The notes under the pieces are model-generated. The model ran no database searches. It was not told the origin of the DNA and worked only from the letters and a program-made list of their open reading frames with translations. Made by a program: the position numbers and the translations under genes. Shown in pieces: positions 1-9,580 of a stretch of DNA of 64,000 bases. The DNA is taken from contig JBDRJF010000024.1 in the NCBI GenBank assembly GCA_043815185.1, positions 128,533 to 192,532 of the forward strand. Reading direction: 5' to 3'. The number at the start of each line of letters is the position of its first letter. The first letter of the stretch is position 1. This DNA comes from Candidatus Omnitrophota bacterium. Lineage in GTDB: Bacteria > Omnitrophota > Gorgyraeia > Duberdicusellales > 4484-171.

Positions 1-289
1 ATTCAATAACTTTGGGAATTTTAAAATGGTCACCATCTTGTGAAGGAGAATTTTTCAAAATGTCATCTCGAGAAGTTGAAGTAAAAGCCTTATCTTCCCG
101 AAAAATATTCTTAGAAATATGTAAACCCCGTAAGGGTTCAATGCCCTCTACATCCAGCTCTTTTAACTTATCAATATAGCCGATAATTTTAGAAAGCTGT
201 TCACTTAAAACTTCTTTCTCTTGAGAAGTTATTTTTATTCTAGCTAACTTGGCTACATATTCTACGTTTTCTTTATGTTTTTCCTTCAT
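1..289 (-). CDS. gatC: Asp/Glu-tRNA amidotransferase subunit C (3' end cut by window edge)
   Basis: Not in the ORF track because it runs off the edge. My translation from the ATG at 289-287 reads MKEKHKENVEYVAKLARIKITSQEKEVLSEQLSKIIGYIDKLKELDVEGIEPL...HFKIPKVIE, which is GatC-like in length and sequence. A GAGGA sits 6 nt upstream. Confidence 0.8.
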   Translation of the reverse strand, partial: MKEKHKENVEYVAKLARIKITSQEKEVLSEQLSKIIGYIDKLKELDVEGIEPLRGLHISKNIFREDKAFTSTSRDDILKNSPSQDGDHFKIPKVIE

Positions 290-307
290 AATTTATCCTC
301 GCCTTCA

Positions 308-1852
308 TTAAGAAGGATGTAATTTACCGCGAAAGAGAGTGAGTTCTAAAAATGTTTGGAGGCGGCGTGACCGGCTAGGCCGCCTTAATTTCTTCAGGGC
401 TTTTGCCTCAATTTGCCTTATCCGCTCGCGAGTAACCTTAAAAATAGTTCCTACTTCCTCGAGGGTCTTAGGACTGCCATCTCCGAGCCCAAATCTTAAA
501 GTAAGAATATTTCTCTCCCGTTCGGTCAAACTGTCCATTGCCTGATCTAATTCCTCCTTAAGCATTGAGAAAACAGTTGCATTAGCCGGCGATACTGCTT
601 TTTTGTCCTCAATGAAATCGCCGAAGGAAGTGTCTCCATCATCGCCAATCGGCGTATGTATAGATATCGGTTGCTGTGATACCTTAATAATATCTTTTAT
701 CTTAGAAACCGGAAGCCTTAACTCTTTTGCTAACTCATCAGGAGTAGGTTCCTTTCCTTTCTCCTGGATAAAAAGCCGCGAGATTCGAATTATTTTGTTA
801 ATTGTCTCGGTCATATGCACAGGAATTCTAATCGTCCGGGCCTGATCAGCAATGGCCCGAGTTATTGCCTGCCTTATCCACCAAGTAGCATAAGTAGAAA
901 ATTTATATCCTCGTTTGTACTCAAACTTCTCTACCGCTTTAATCAGCCCGATATTTCCCTCTTGAATTAAATCCAGGAAAGAAAGACCTCGGTTTACGTA
1001 TTTCTTAGCTATACTTACTACTAATCGTAAATTCGCTTCGACAAGAGTACTCTTGGCGTGATTGTAAAGCATGTTCTTATCTAAGATGGCCCGCATTTTA
1101 TCTCTTACTTCTTCCTTGCCAAATCCAAGTTGTCTTAGGCATTTATTTTTTTGCCGTATTGAGCTGCGTTTCTCAATAAGCTTACTCTTACTCTGCCCCT
1201 TTATCTTATCGATCTTTCTCTTTAACCGTTCCGTTTCACGGACAACTTCTTTAGTTTTAAAAATTATCTTTTCTATTATCCCAATGGTAAAGTTAAAGCT
1301 CTTAAGGACTTCTTTCTGGCTTTCGACTCTTTTAACCCTGGCTAATTTACTGTAGAGTTCTCGTATCCTTTTGACTTCTTTTTCCTTACTCTCAATCTCT
1401 CCCTTAACAAAATCATCAGGATTAAGCTGATCTTTAAGTAACTGTTTAGAGATATCGATAAATGTATTTCGCGATATGCCGGTAGAGAAAACTTCGTCAC
1501 GTAAAACCTCTTCGGCATCTTCAATTCTCTTTGCTAATCTTATTTCTTCGTCTCGTGAAAGCAAAGGAATTTGCCCCATCTGCTTAAGATACATCTTAAC
1601 CGGATCATCTACCGGCTGGGAAGCAGGGGTAACTTGTTTTTTCTTTTCCTTCTCCCACTCAGCGACTTCTTTTGTTTCTAACACACTTATATCTTTACTA
1701 TCTAGATGTTCAAAAATCGTATCTAAGGCCTTGACGTTTATTATTTCCTCCGAAAGAAAATGGTTTATCTCATCGTAAGTAAGATAACCCTTCTTTTTAC
1801 CCAGATCGATTAACTGTTTAATACTTCGCTCTAAAAGTTTTTTCTTAACCAT
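308..1852 (-). CDS. rpoD: RNA polymerase primary sigma factor (sigma-70 family)
   Basis: 514 aa. Region 2 reads [24 protein letters not shown]; region 4 reads [28 protein letters not shown]. Confidence 0.95.
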   Translation of the reverse strand: MVKKKLLERSIKQLIDLGKKKGYLTYDEINHFLSEEIINVKALDTIFEHLDSKDISVLETKEVAEWEKEKKKQVTPASQPVDDPVKMYLKQMGQIPLLSRDEEIRLAKRIEDAEEVLRDEVFSTGISRNTFIDISKQLLKDQLNPDDFVKGEIESKEKEVKRIRELYSKLARVKRVESQKEVLKSFNFTIGIIEKIIFKTKEVVRETERLKRKIDKIKGQSKSKLIEKRSSIRQKNKCLRQLGFGKEEVRDKMRAILDKNMLYNHAKSTLVEANLRLVVSIAKKYVNRGLSFLDLIQEGNIGLIKAVEKFEYKRGYKFSTYATWWIRQAITRAIADQARTIRIPVHMTETINKIIRISRLFIQEKGKEPTPDELAKELRLPVSKIKDIIKVSQQPISIHTPIGDDGDTSFGDFIEDKKAVSPANATVFSMLKEELDQAMDSLTERERNILTLRFGLGDGSPKTLEEVGTIFKVTRERIRQIEAKALKKLRRPSRSRRLQTFLELTLFRGKLHPS

Positions 1853-3617
1853 TCCGTACCTCGCTATTAATCTCGCTATATTGGCGCAACAACTCTTTTA
1901 ACTTCTGTTTATCACCTCTTACCTCGGCTTCCTTTATTTGGCCCTTCAACCTTTTTTTTACCTCTACTGCACCTCTTTTGCGAAGTTTTATCAAACTTTC
2001 TTTAAAAGTATTCCTATCTAAAAGAATATCGTCGTCCATTAAAATCTTGGAAATAAAACCGCTAATTTCTTTATCTTTGATTGTTCCTAATAATTTCTGC
2101 ATAGAGCAATTCTCTTCTACAGAGTAAGTGTCAAAAAGAAAAGAGATGGTTTTCTGTGCTAGATATGAATGAAAGTGTTCTGCCTTTAAATTTTTTCTCA
2201 CCAGAGAAAAGACCTTAGGGTTAGTGATTATAAATTTAACTAGAACTTTTTCGGTGACCGACAAAGGCTCATTGTTCAAATTTATCCTTTTATCCCCGTA
2301 GAGAGTGGATGAGGTATGTTTCTTGTAAATATTATTTTTCTTGGCCAGGTTATTCCGGAACTCTGCAATCATAATTTCCTCTTTAACCCCTAAGCTACCG
2401 GCAAGTTTTCTGATATACTCATACTTTTGAACTTCGCTATTCAACTTCTCCAGGGTAGCAAGTATGTCTTTGGCGATTTTCGTCTTCCCCTCAATAGTTT
2501 CGACATCATAAGTCTTCTTCAAACTGGCTAATTTGTGATCAAAAAAATCGAGTTTATTGCTTAATAACTGTAAAAAATAATCCTTACCCTTGCAGCGAAC
2601 TAATGAATCCGGGTCAGAACCTTCCGGTAGGCTTACTACCTTAACGCTTAAATCATTTTCAAGAAGCAAGTCTGTCGACCTTGCGGTAGCAGCTTCACCA
2701 GCCTTATCAGAATCATAGACCAGAATTACACAAGAGGCGTATCTTTTAATCAAACGAATTTGTTCAATGGTAAGGGCCGTGCCTAAAGAAGCTACTATAT
2801 TCTTTATTCCCCTCATAAAAGGCGTAATCATATCCGAATAACCTTCGACCACGATCACAGTATCTTCTTTAATGATCTCTTCCTTAGAAAAATTAAATCC
2901 AAAAAGGTGTTCTCGCTTGCTGTAAAGAGTATTCTCTAAAGAATTAATATATTTAGGAGAGTTGTTAGCCTCAACCCAGGTTCGGGCACCAAAACCAACG
3001 ATACGGGAACGAACATCAAAAATGGGAAAAGTGATTCTATCTTGAAACAAATCGCGAAAACTTCCTCTGGCTGATGTAATCAACGATGCTTTTTCTAAAA
3101 CCTCTAAGGTAAACCCTTCTTTACGCATATACTGAAGAAGGGAATTCCTGCCCGGAGCAAAACCGAGCTGAAATTTATTAATCGTCTCAGGCCCCACACC
3201 TCTTTTATTTAAATAAGCACGGACGGGTTGACATTTCTCGCTATTAGTTAAATTCTTATGGAAGAATAAACCAGCCTTATTCGTCGCCTCATAGAGAATA
3301 TCCTTGGTTTTAGTGCTCTCGCCTTTCTGGCAAGGTACCGTTAAACCCAATCGTTTAGCTAACATTTCTACGGCCTCGGGAAAACTTACCTTCTCGATAA
3401 GAGCCAAAAATTGAAAAATTCCTCCCCCCTCGCCACAGCCAAAACAATGGAAAATTTGTTTCTGGGGACTTACGATAAAAGAAGGGGTTTTTTCGCCATG
3501 GAAGGGGCAAATTGCTTTAAAGTTTCTACCGGTTCGCTTCAAGGGAATGTAGCTAGAAATTAAGTCAGCAATATCAGTTCGAGACTGAACTTCTTCTATA
3601 AATGGTTGGGGAATCAT
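1845..3617 (-). CDS. dnaG: DNA primase
   Basis: Zinc-finger motif [21 protein letters not shown] and TOPRIM motif VVEGYSDM. The ORF extends to 3689, but the conserved N-terminus starts at [10 protein letters not shown] (ATG at 3617). Confidence 0.93.
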   Translation of the reverse strand: MIPQPFIEEVQSRTDIADLISSYIPLKRTGRNFKAICPFHGEKTPSFIVSPQKQIFHCFGCGEGGGIFQFLALIEKVSFPEAVEMLAKRLGLTVPCQKGESTKTKDILYEATNKAGLFFHKNLTNSEKCQPVRAYLNKRGVGPETINKFQLGFAPGRNSLLQYMRKEGFTLEVLEKASLITSARGSFRDLFQDRITFPIFDVRSRIVGFGARTWVEANNSPKYINSLENTLYSKREHLFGFNFSKEEIIKEDTVIVVEGYSDMITPFMRGIKNIVASLGTALTIEQIRLIKRYASCVILVYDSDKAGEAATARSTDLLLENDLSVKVVSLPEGSDPDSLVRCKGKDYFLQLLSNKLDFFDHKLASLKKTYDVETIEGKTKIAKDILATLEKLNSEVQKYEYIRKLAGSLGVKEEIMIAEFRNNLAKKNNIYKKHTSSTLYGDKRINLNNEPLSVTEKVLVKFIITNPKVFSLVRKNLKAEHFHSYLAQKTISFLFDTYSVEENCSMQKLLGTIKDKEISGFISKILMDDDILLDRNTFKESLIKLRKRGAVEVKKRLKGQIKEAEVRGDKQKLKELLRQYSEINSEVRNG

Positions 3618-3704
3618 ACCTTTGATTAGCAAATGGGTGAAAGAATAAATAAGCAAATAGGTTAATGGTGTATTCGCCCATATACACATTAACCCGTTTA
3701 TCTA

Positions 3705-4667
3705 TTAGCTTTTTTTTCGTTTAAATCTTCGAAATCCTGCGAACTCGTAGATTGTAAGTTTTTCTTTGCTCTCCAAATAATCGAGCATGATATTAATACC
3801 TAAGCTATCGGAAGCAATATGCGAAGCGAATATTACATTTATTTTAGACTCTTTACACTTTTTAAAATGCTCCTCAGACTGATGCATCGCAATTATAGTA
3901 TCAACCCCACAAGAGGCAAGCTCTTTGTAGATGTCTTTCGGCCCTTCTGTTCCTCCGGTAAATTCAAGATGAATATTTTTGCAGCGGGAATTCTTATGTC
4001 CGACTACTATCTGAGGAGGATTGTTGTTTTTAGCAGCATCAATATACTCAGGAATAGTTTGTAAGATATCCATTACATTACCCAAATTTAAAGGTTTACT
4101 CTTATCCATAGTCTTTCGTAGATATTGATAAGCAAGATTATCACAAGGAGTATGCATACAGAGAAAGTTTATATTGAGCAAACGTGCTATATCAACGCTT
4201 CGGGAATGGTTGGCTGAACTAACTCTTCGGGCAACCTGAAACTTCCTTTCCTCCAAAAGCTTCTCACAAACACTCAGGGCTACACCCTCTTTAGTGAAAA
4301 CATCGATTTGTAAATCCATCACCTCATAAAAGTTAGCGTAGGCTCTCCCTTGAGGGTGATGTGAAACCACTAAGTCTATCTTTTTCCCTTTTTCTTTTAA
4401 TCTATCTACGAGAACCAACTCGCTCCCATCAACATCTATTCCCACAATCAGCGATTTTATGTTGCTTCCAAGGGCACCGCAGAGAATACGGGTGTCGGAA
4501 AAGGGGTTAAATAATGAATCCGAGTCGAAGAGATCTCTCCCTTTCTTGTCTGCTTTCTCTAACCTTTGTTGGTTTTTTTCAAGAAGTGCTCCTATTTCTT
4601 TACGGCTGCGGATATCAGCCTCAATCCCTTTCTTTACTACTTCTTGATAGAAATTTTTTAACTTCAT
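3705..4667 (-). CDS. NIF3-like (GTP cyclohydrolase 1 type 2 homolog) metal-binding protein
   Basis: 320 aa with a DLVVSHHPQG motif and C-terminal histidines typical of the NIF3/YbgI fold. Family assignment is from memory only. Confidence 0.5.
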   Translation of the reverse strand: MKLKNFYQEVVKKGIEADIRSRKEIGALLEKNQQRLEKADKKGRDLFDSDSLFNPFSDTRILCGALGSNIKSLIVGIDVDGSELVLVDRLKEKGKKIDLVVSHHPQGRAYANFYEVMDLQIDVFTKEGVALSVCEKLLEERKFQVARRVSSANHSRSVDIARLLNINFLCMHTPCDNLAYQYLRKTMDKSKPLNLGNVMDILQTIPEYIDAAKNNNPPQIVVGHKNSRCKNIHLEFTGGTEGPKDIYKELASCGVDTIIAMHQSEEHFKKCKESKINVIFASHIASDSLGINIMLDYLESKEKLTIYEFAGFRRFKRKKS

Positions 4668-5238
4668 AATATTCTTCTACCTCCTTATTTAATATAATTT
4701 CGGGGTTGAATTTATTATACACTTTAAAAGCTGTTAAGTAAATTCTAGGCCCAACATTTTTAAAAAGATTACAAGCTATACTCTGACAAAAATACTTTAA
4801 ATCAAGAGGAGATAGATACAATAAAAAAATGATTACACTCACAAGAAGCGAAGCCCTAAAAGCTCCAATAATAAATAATAACGCCCTTCCACTAAGGTGT
4901 TTATCTCCTTTTTTGGAAAAAGATGTTACTATTAATCTCAAAATAGCAAAAATCAATGTTATCCCGAAAAAAATCAAAAGAAAGGAGATAAAAAGGAAAT
5001 ATTCCCGGTTCAGAAGTGGTACATTAGCACTTATGGTATCGGATAAAGAAGAATAATACTGAAAAGCAAAAAAAGATCCTAAGAAAAAACCCAGAACTTT
5101 AAAACTTTCCTGTAAAATCCCTCGTGAGACTGAAATGTAAATAACTCTTAAACAAAGGATTAAAAAGAATAAATCTATTGCAACTTGACTAAAACTTTCA
5201 CCCATTGGTTTAAATACCACCCCGGTTAAAGGTTTCAC
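4621..5238 (-). CDS. CvpA-family membrane protein
   Basis: 205 aa with 4-5 hydrophobic helices and a CvpA-like N-terminus (IDLFFLILCLRVIYISVSRGILQE). Confidence 0.55.
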   Translation of the reverse strand: MKPLTGVVFKPMGESFSQVAIDLFFLILCLRVIYISVSRGILQESFKVLGFFLGSFFAFQYYSSLSDTISANVPLLNREYFLFISFLLIFFGITLIFAILRLIVTSFSKKGDKHLSGRALLFIIGAFRASLLVSVIIFLLYLSPLDLKYFCQSIACNLFKNVGPRIYLTAFKVYNKFNPEIILNKEVEEYYEVKKFLSRSSKERD

Positions 5239-5462
5239 CCTTTATCAGGGTAAATAGTATATAGCATACGCACAAAACTTTGTCAAGTGGCCCTTGGTTA
5301 ACATTTTATGGCTGTTTTTAAACCTGAACTGGGCTTGATCATATTGATTTTTGGCTATGTTTATGGTAAGTTAAAATCAGTGCCTACGGTGGGTTGTTTT
5401 TTCTTTCAATGATTAACTGTCGATCTTAATGGATTAAAAGATAAGGAAAGGAGAAAAAATAG

Positions 5463-6590
5463 GTGGAAACAGAAGCATTTGCTATAGCCTTTAGTGAACG
5501 GCTCCAGGCAGAAGCGATTAAGGAAGTTTCCTTAAAAATAAAATTAATCTTTCCTAAAAAGATCGATTATCTGATTATTTTATCCACGCCTGATTATCAC
5601 CCTGCAAATATATTAAAGACCGTAAATCTTACTCTGAAACCAAGACGGATTTTAGGAATACAATCTCCCTTTTTAATCTTTGAAGATAAGCTAATCACAA
5701 AAGGCATTGTTGTCTGTTGCATAAACAAAGAAGGAGTTGAATTCACCGAAGCTTTCTCTAAAGCAACAGGCGCTCAAGAAATCGAATCTTTCCTGATTTC
5801 TTCATTCAAAAAGTTAAGAAGACAAGATTACGCTTTCTTCTCCTTTATCTCTTCTCAAATTGACCCCACTGCCTATTTAAGAGGAGTAAGGCTGGCTCTG
5901 GGTAGATTTTTTGAGCTCTTAGGGTGTGGCTTCACAAAGAAATATTCATATCATAACTCCCAGATCATAAATAATGCTCCTAATGAAGGATTAATGAATA
6001 TTGCCATAAAAGGACTGCGGGTACGTTCATTGAGGTTAGGGGGGTATGTGCCCTTGGGTAAACCCTTCACTATTACTAAAACCACTCCCAACCGAGATGT
6101 GATTATAGAAATAAACCACCAGCCGGCGATAAATATCTACCAACACTACCTGGAAGAAAAATTTGACCTCTTTATAAAAAACCACCTTTTTGCTTTCTAC
6201 CCCTTAGGAATCAGCACTGGGGGCTCTTTAAGGCTTATTAATATTCTTGACCGGTTGGAGGATGGATCTTTAATCTGTAGGGGCGAAGCAAGGGAGGGAG
6301 GGATCGGATATGTTATGTTCCTTGATGCTGCCGTTCCCTTAGAAAGGTTAAAAGACAAATTAGCCCCTCTAAGAAACAATAGACAAGGGCTAACTTTTGT
6401 TATAAACTCTTTAACAAGAAAAAAAACTTTGGGAGAGAGTGCTAAGCAGGAAATCGTTTCGATAAAGAAGACTTTGGGCGATAACTCTAAGGTGATTGGA
6501 CTATATACTGATTATTCTTTTGTTTCCGATAAAGAAACCGGAAACATTGATATCGAAACCGGCAATCTCCTCATAACTACGTGGGAATAA
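5463..6590 (+). CDS. FIST-domain sensory protein
   Basis: 375 aa with a GTG start 10 nt after AGGAG. Size and layout resemble FIST_N/FIST_C, and it sits directly upstream of a histidine kinase. Confidence 0.5.
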   Translation: METEAFAIAFSERLQAEAIKEVSLKIKLIFPKKIDYLIILSTPDYHPANILKTVNLTLKPRRILGIQSPFLIFEDKLITKGIVVCCINKEGVEFTEAFSKATGAQEIESFLISSFKKLRRQDYAFFSFISSQIDPTAYLRGVRLALGRFFELLGCGFTKKYSYHNSQIINNAPNEGLMNIAIKGLRVRSLRLGGYVPLGKPFTITKTTPNRDVIIEINHQPAINIYQHYLEEKFDLFIKNHLFAFYPLGISTGGSLRLINILDRLEDGSLICRGEAREGGIGYVMFLDAAVPLERLKDKLAPLRNNRQGLTFVINSLTRKKTLGESAKQEIVSIKKTLGDNSKVIGLYTDYSFVSDKETGNIDIETGNLLITTWE

Positions 6591-6591
6591 C

Positions 6592-8052
6592 ATGATTAAC
6601 AATTTATTATCACTTGGGCCCCTGGCTAATTTGGTGATTATATTGGCCGGCGTAGTCACATTTCTGGTCTTTTTCATTGCTAAGAAAATGAAAAATGTTG
6701 CTACTTTACGAAAGGAATTAAATCGCTCAAGAAAGGTAATCCAAGATTTGGATCAGCAGGCAAAATTGATTATAAAAAGTGACATGGAGCTAAAATTGTC
6801 GCAGCAAGAGATAGAGAACGAACTTAATAAATTGTCCTTGATAAAGAATTTGCTCATTTCCTCTATCTCCACCTTAGACAACGATAAACTCTTCTCGGCC
6901 ATAGATAAAGAAATTATAAATGCCCTGGGGTTTAAGAGAGGTTTGATCCTCGATTTTAATAGCTTACGAGAAAAGGTCAATATTGGCTTTGAGGCTCCTG
7001 ATGTAGAAATATTCAGGACAGTTTTTGAGAAAAAAAAGGAGTTATTAAAAGATGTCCGGTTCCTGCACCCGGATTCTGAAACTTATAAGAATTTATTTCC
7101 TTCAAGCAGGAGTAAAGATGTTCTTATCGCCCCGATAAAAACAAGAGAACTTATCTATGCTATATTTATAGTATCCGACCTTACTTTGCATGCTGAAATT
7201 CGCCAATCAGAAGAAGAAGCATTTTTAATCGTCTGTATGTATCTTAGCCAGTGCCTTGACAATATACAGCTGTTTGAAGATCTCTACCATACCAAGGATA
7301 ATCTGGAAAAGAAGATTAAAGAGCGAACTAACGAGTTAGTTAAAAGTTTGAGAGCAATTGAAGTTATCAGTAAAACAAAATCTGACTTCATCTCCAGCGT
7401 GTCTCACGAATTAAGAACTCCTCTTACCTCGGTGAAAGGATTTTCTTCCTTGCTAGTGGGTGAGAAATTTGGTAAATTACCTGTTGGAGCAATAGAAAGG
7501 TTAGCTAAGATTGATACCAACGTGGATAAACTCATGACTATTGTAAATACTCTCTTAGACATTTCCCGCATTGAATCAGGTAAGATGGAAGTAAAAATCG
7601 CACCATTTGAGATTACAAAATTGATTAAAGATGTAGCGGATTTGCTGAGTCCTCAAATAGAATCAAAAAAAATCGCTTTGACTTTCAGCCTCCCTGAAAG
7701 TCTAAATGTGTATATGGATAAAACTCTCATTGAAAGAGTCCTAATCAATCTTATAAATAATGCTTTAAAATTTACCTCCTCGGGAGGAGAAATAAAGCTA
7801 ACTTGTGCCCAGGAGGATAAACAGGCTCTTATTTCAGTAGCCGATACCGGTTGCGGTATGAGGGAAGGAGATCTGACAAAAGTATTCCAGGAGTTTTTTA
7901 GAGCCAGTAATCCTTCGATTACTAAGATTGAAGGAAGCGGTTTAGGGCTTTCTTTGGTGAAAAAAATTATCGATACACATAAAGAAAAAATATGGGCTGA
8001 ATCTAAACTGGGGAAAGGTACGACTTTCTATTTTACTTTAAGAGTAGCCTAA
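6592..8052 (+). CDS. Sensor histidine kinase (N-terminal TM, coiled coil, HisKA, HATPase_c)
   Basis: H-box SHELRTPLTSV, N-box NLINNALKFT, G1 DTGCGM, G2 GSGLGLSLV. Confidence 0.88.
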   Translation: MINNLLSLGPLANLVIILAGVVTFLVFFIAKKMKNVATLRKELNRSRKVIQDLDQQAKLIIKSDMELKLSQQEIENELNKLSLIKNLLISSISTLDNDKLFSAIDKEIINALGFKRGLILDFNSLREKVNIGFEAPDVEIFRTVFEKKKELLKDVRFLHPDSETYKNLFPSSRSKDVLIAPIKTRELIYAIFIVSDLTLHAEIRQSEEEAFLIVCMYLSQCLDNIQLFEDLYHTKDNLEKKIKERTNELVKSLRAIEVISKTKSDFISSVSHELRTPLTSVKGFSSLLVGEKFGKLPVGAIERLAKIDTNVDKLMTIVNTLLDISRIESGKMEVKIAPFEITKLIKDVADLLSPQIESKKIALTFSLPESLNVYMDKTLIERVLINLINNALKFTSSGGEIKLTCAQEDKQALISVADTGCGMREGDLTKVFQEFFRASNPSITKIEGSGLGLSLVKKIIDTHKEKIWAESKLGKGTTFYFTLRVA

Positions 8053-8053
8053 A

Positions 8054-8983
8054 ATGTATAAATTAAAAATATTAATTGTTGATGATAACCCCGATATTTT
8101 GGACCTTCTGGAAGCTACTCTTCAGGATGAGTTTGAACTGATAAAAGCCACCAATGGTAACGAGGCCTTGGAGAAGCTAAAGAGTCAAAATCCTAATCTT
8201 TTAGTTTTAGACTATGTCCTCCCCGATTTAGAAGGCCCGGAAATTTGCAAGATCATAAGAAAAGACCCTCTATTTCTAAACACACCGATACTTATGCTTA
8301 CCGGAAAAGGAGAAGTCGAAGATAAGGTAGACGGGCTTGAAGCCGGAGCCGACGATTACATGCTAAAACCATTTGACCCCCAAGAACTAATTGCCCGAAT
8401 TAGAATGCTTATAAGACGCTCGGCAGCAAATTTAGATGCTAACCCTTTAACCCGCCTCCCAGGAAATGTGTCAATTAATAAAGAGTTAACTGAAAAAATA
8501 CAACTCAAAGAGAAGTTTGCTGTACTCTATATCGATATTGATAACTTTAAAGCTTTAAACGATTACTATGGATTCGAAGAAGGAGACAACGCTATTAAAG
8601 AGACGGCTCGAATCCTTATCGATTCTATCCAGAAAAAGGGAACTGCCAGAGATTTTGTGGGGCATATCGGAGGAGATGATTTTGTTATTATAACCACTCC
8701 TGAAAAAGCAGAAGTAATTGCCAAGAAGATAGTCGCCGATTTTGACAAAGTTGCTCCGACCTTCTTCAAAGAAAAAGACCGCCTAAAGGGTTATATTGAA
8801 ACAAAAGGCCGTGATAATCAAATCCATAAATTTAGTTTTATCACTATATCTATCGGAATAATTAATAATACAAAGCAAGATTTTACTCACACTGCCCAGA
8901 TAAATTCTGTGGGGGCAGAGATAAAAAGTCTGGCCAAAAAATTTCCAGAAAGTAAGTACCTATTTGATCAGAGAAGCTCTTAA
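8054..8983 (+). CDS. Response regulator receiver fused to a GGDEF-like domain (signature GGDDF)
   Basis: REC motifs ILIVDDNPD, LLVLDYVLPD and KPF. The C-terminal domain reads NPLTRLPGN...YIDIDNFKALND...HIGGDDFVII. Confidence 0.8.
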   Translation: MYKLKILIVDDNPDILDLLEATLQDEFELIKATNGNEALEKLKSQNPNLLVLDYVLPDLEGPEICKIIRKDPLFLNTPILMLTGKGEVEDKVDGLEAGADDYMLKPFDPQELIARIRMLIRRSAANLDANPLTRLPGNVSINKELTEKIQLKEKFAVLYIDIDNFKALNDYYGFEEGDNAIKETARILIDSIQKKGTARDFVGHIGGDDFVIITTPEKAEVIAKKIVADFDKVAPTFFKEKDRLKGYIETKGRDNQIHKFSFITISIGIINNTKQDFTHTAQINSVGAEIKSLAKKFPESKYLFDQRSS

Positions 8984-9058
8984 ATATAAAGGCTCGAGGA
9001 TAAAATTAAAAGTTGTTTTTATTCTTTGCCGCTTTTTTAATCTTTATCCTTGATATTT

Positions 9059-9336
9059 GCGAGGGTGGCGGAAACAGCTCTTGCGCAGCAAGACAATTGG
9101 TTATCAATAAAACAATTAGCTGTTCCCGCAATAGCTAAAAAGCTACAATAAAACTTTATCTAAGGCAGTAAGCTAAGCATAATAAATAAACTTTAATGCG
9201 AGGGTGGCGGAAACAGCTCTTGCGCAGCAAGATAGTTGCTTATTAATAAGGCGGCTAGTTGTTCCCGCAATGACTAACAGACTAAATTAAGACTTTATAG
9301 AAGATAACGAACTAAGTATAATACACAGACGTTAAT
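9059..9336 (+). repeat. Two tandem upstream modules (138 and 140 nt), each starting with the first 15 nt of tRNA-Leu(GAG)
   Basis: gcgagggtggcggaa occurs at 9059, at 9197 and as the tRNA 5' end at 9337. Both units continue aacagctcttgcgcagcaag...ag(c/t)tgttcccgcaat. Confidence 0.85.
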
Positions 9337-9420
9337 GCGAGGGTGGCGGAATTGGCAGACGCACTAGCTTGAGGGGCTAACGGTAGCGATACCGTAGGGG
9401 TTCAAGTCCCCTCCCTCGCA
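9337..9420 (+). tRNA. tRNA-Leu (anticodon GAG), no encoded CCA
   Basis: Hand-folded cloverleaf: acceptor gcgaggg/ccctcgc, anticodon loop ttGAGgg, long variable arm cggtagcgataccgt, T arm agggg-ttcaagt-cccct. Confidence 0.92.
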
Positions 9421-9564
9421 TAGTTTTATTTAATTAGAAAGTGACGGCGGACAAAAAAAGTCTGTGCTTTCGCATAAAATATCTTGGATCCAATAATAGC
9501 GGTTGAGGCTTAGCCTAAACCGGCTCGCCTTCGGCGAGATTGGATACAAGTCCTCTTCCTCGAA
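9421..9564 (+). repeat. tRNA-trailing structured module D1 (ends in a diverged copy of the tRNA-Leu 3' end)
   Basis: The 3' portion reads ggatccaat..cggttgaggcttagcctaaaccg..ctcgccttcggcgag..attggatac followed by caagtcctcttcctcgaa (3 mismatches to the tRNA 3' end), then CCA. Confidence 0.7.
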
Positions 9565-9580
9565 CCACAATGTACGGTAG

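Noticed and set aside
339-1778. Plus-strand ORFs of 60-100 aa (339..545, 603..845, 1071..1355, 1476..1778) and a minus-strand ORF (1342..1524) inside rpoD. Many similar nested ORFs occur throughout the track, for example 18329..18697, 22505..22954, 31753..32247, 34466..34945, 43792..44292 and 55068..55391.
   Set aside because: They lie antisense or out of frame within long, clearly homologous genes. They have low-complexity, Ser/Leu/Phe-rich composition typical of shadow frames in AT-rich DNA, and they have no ribosome-binding sites.
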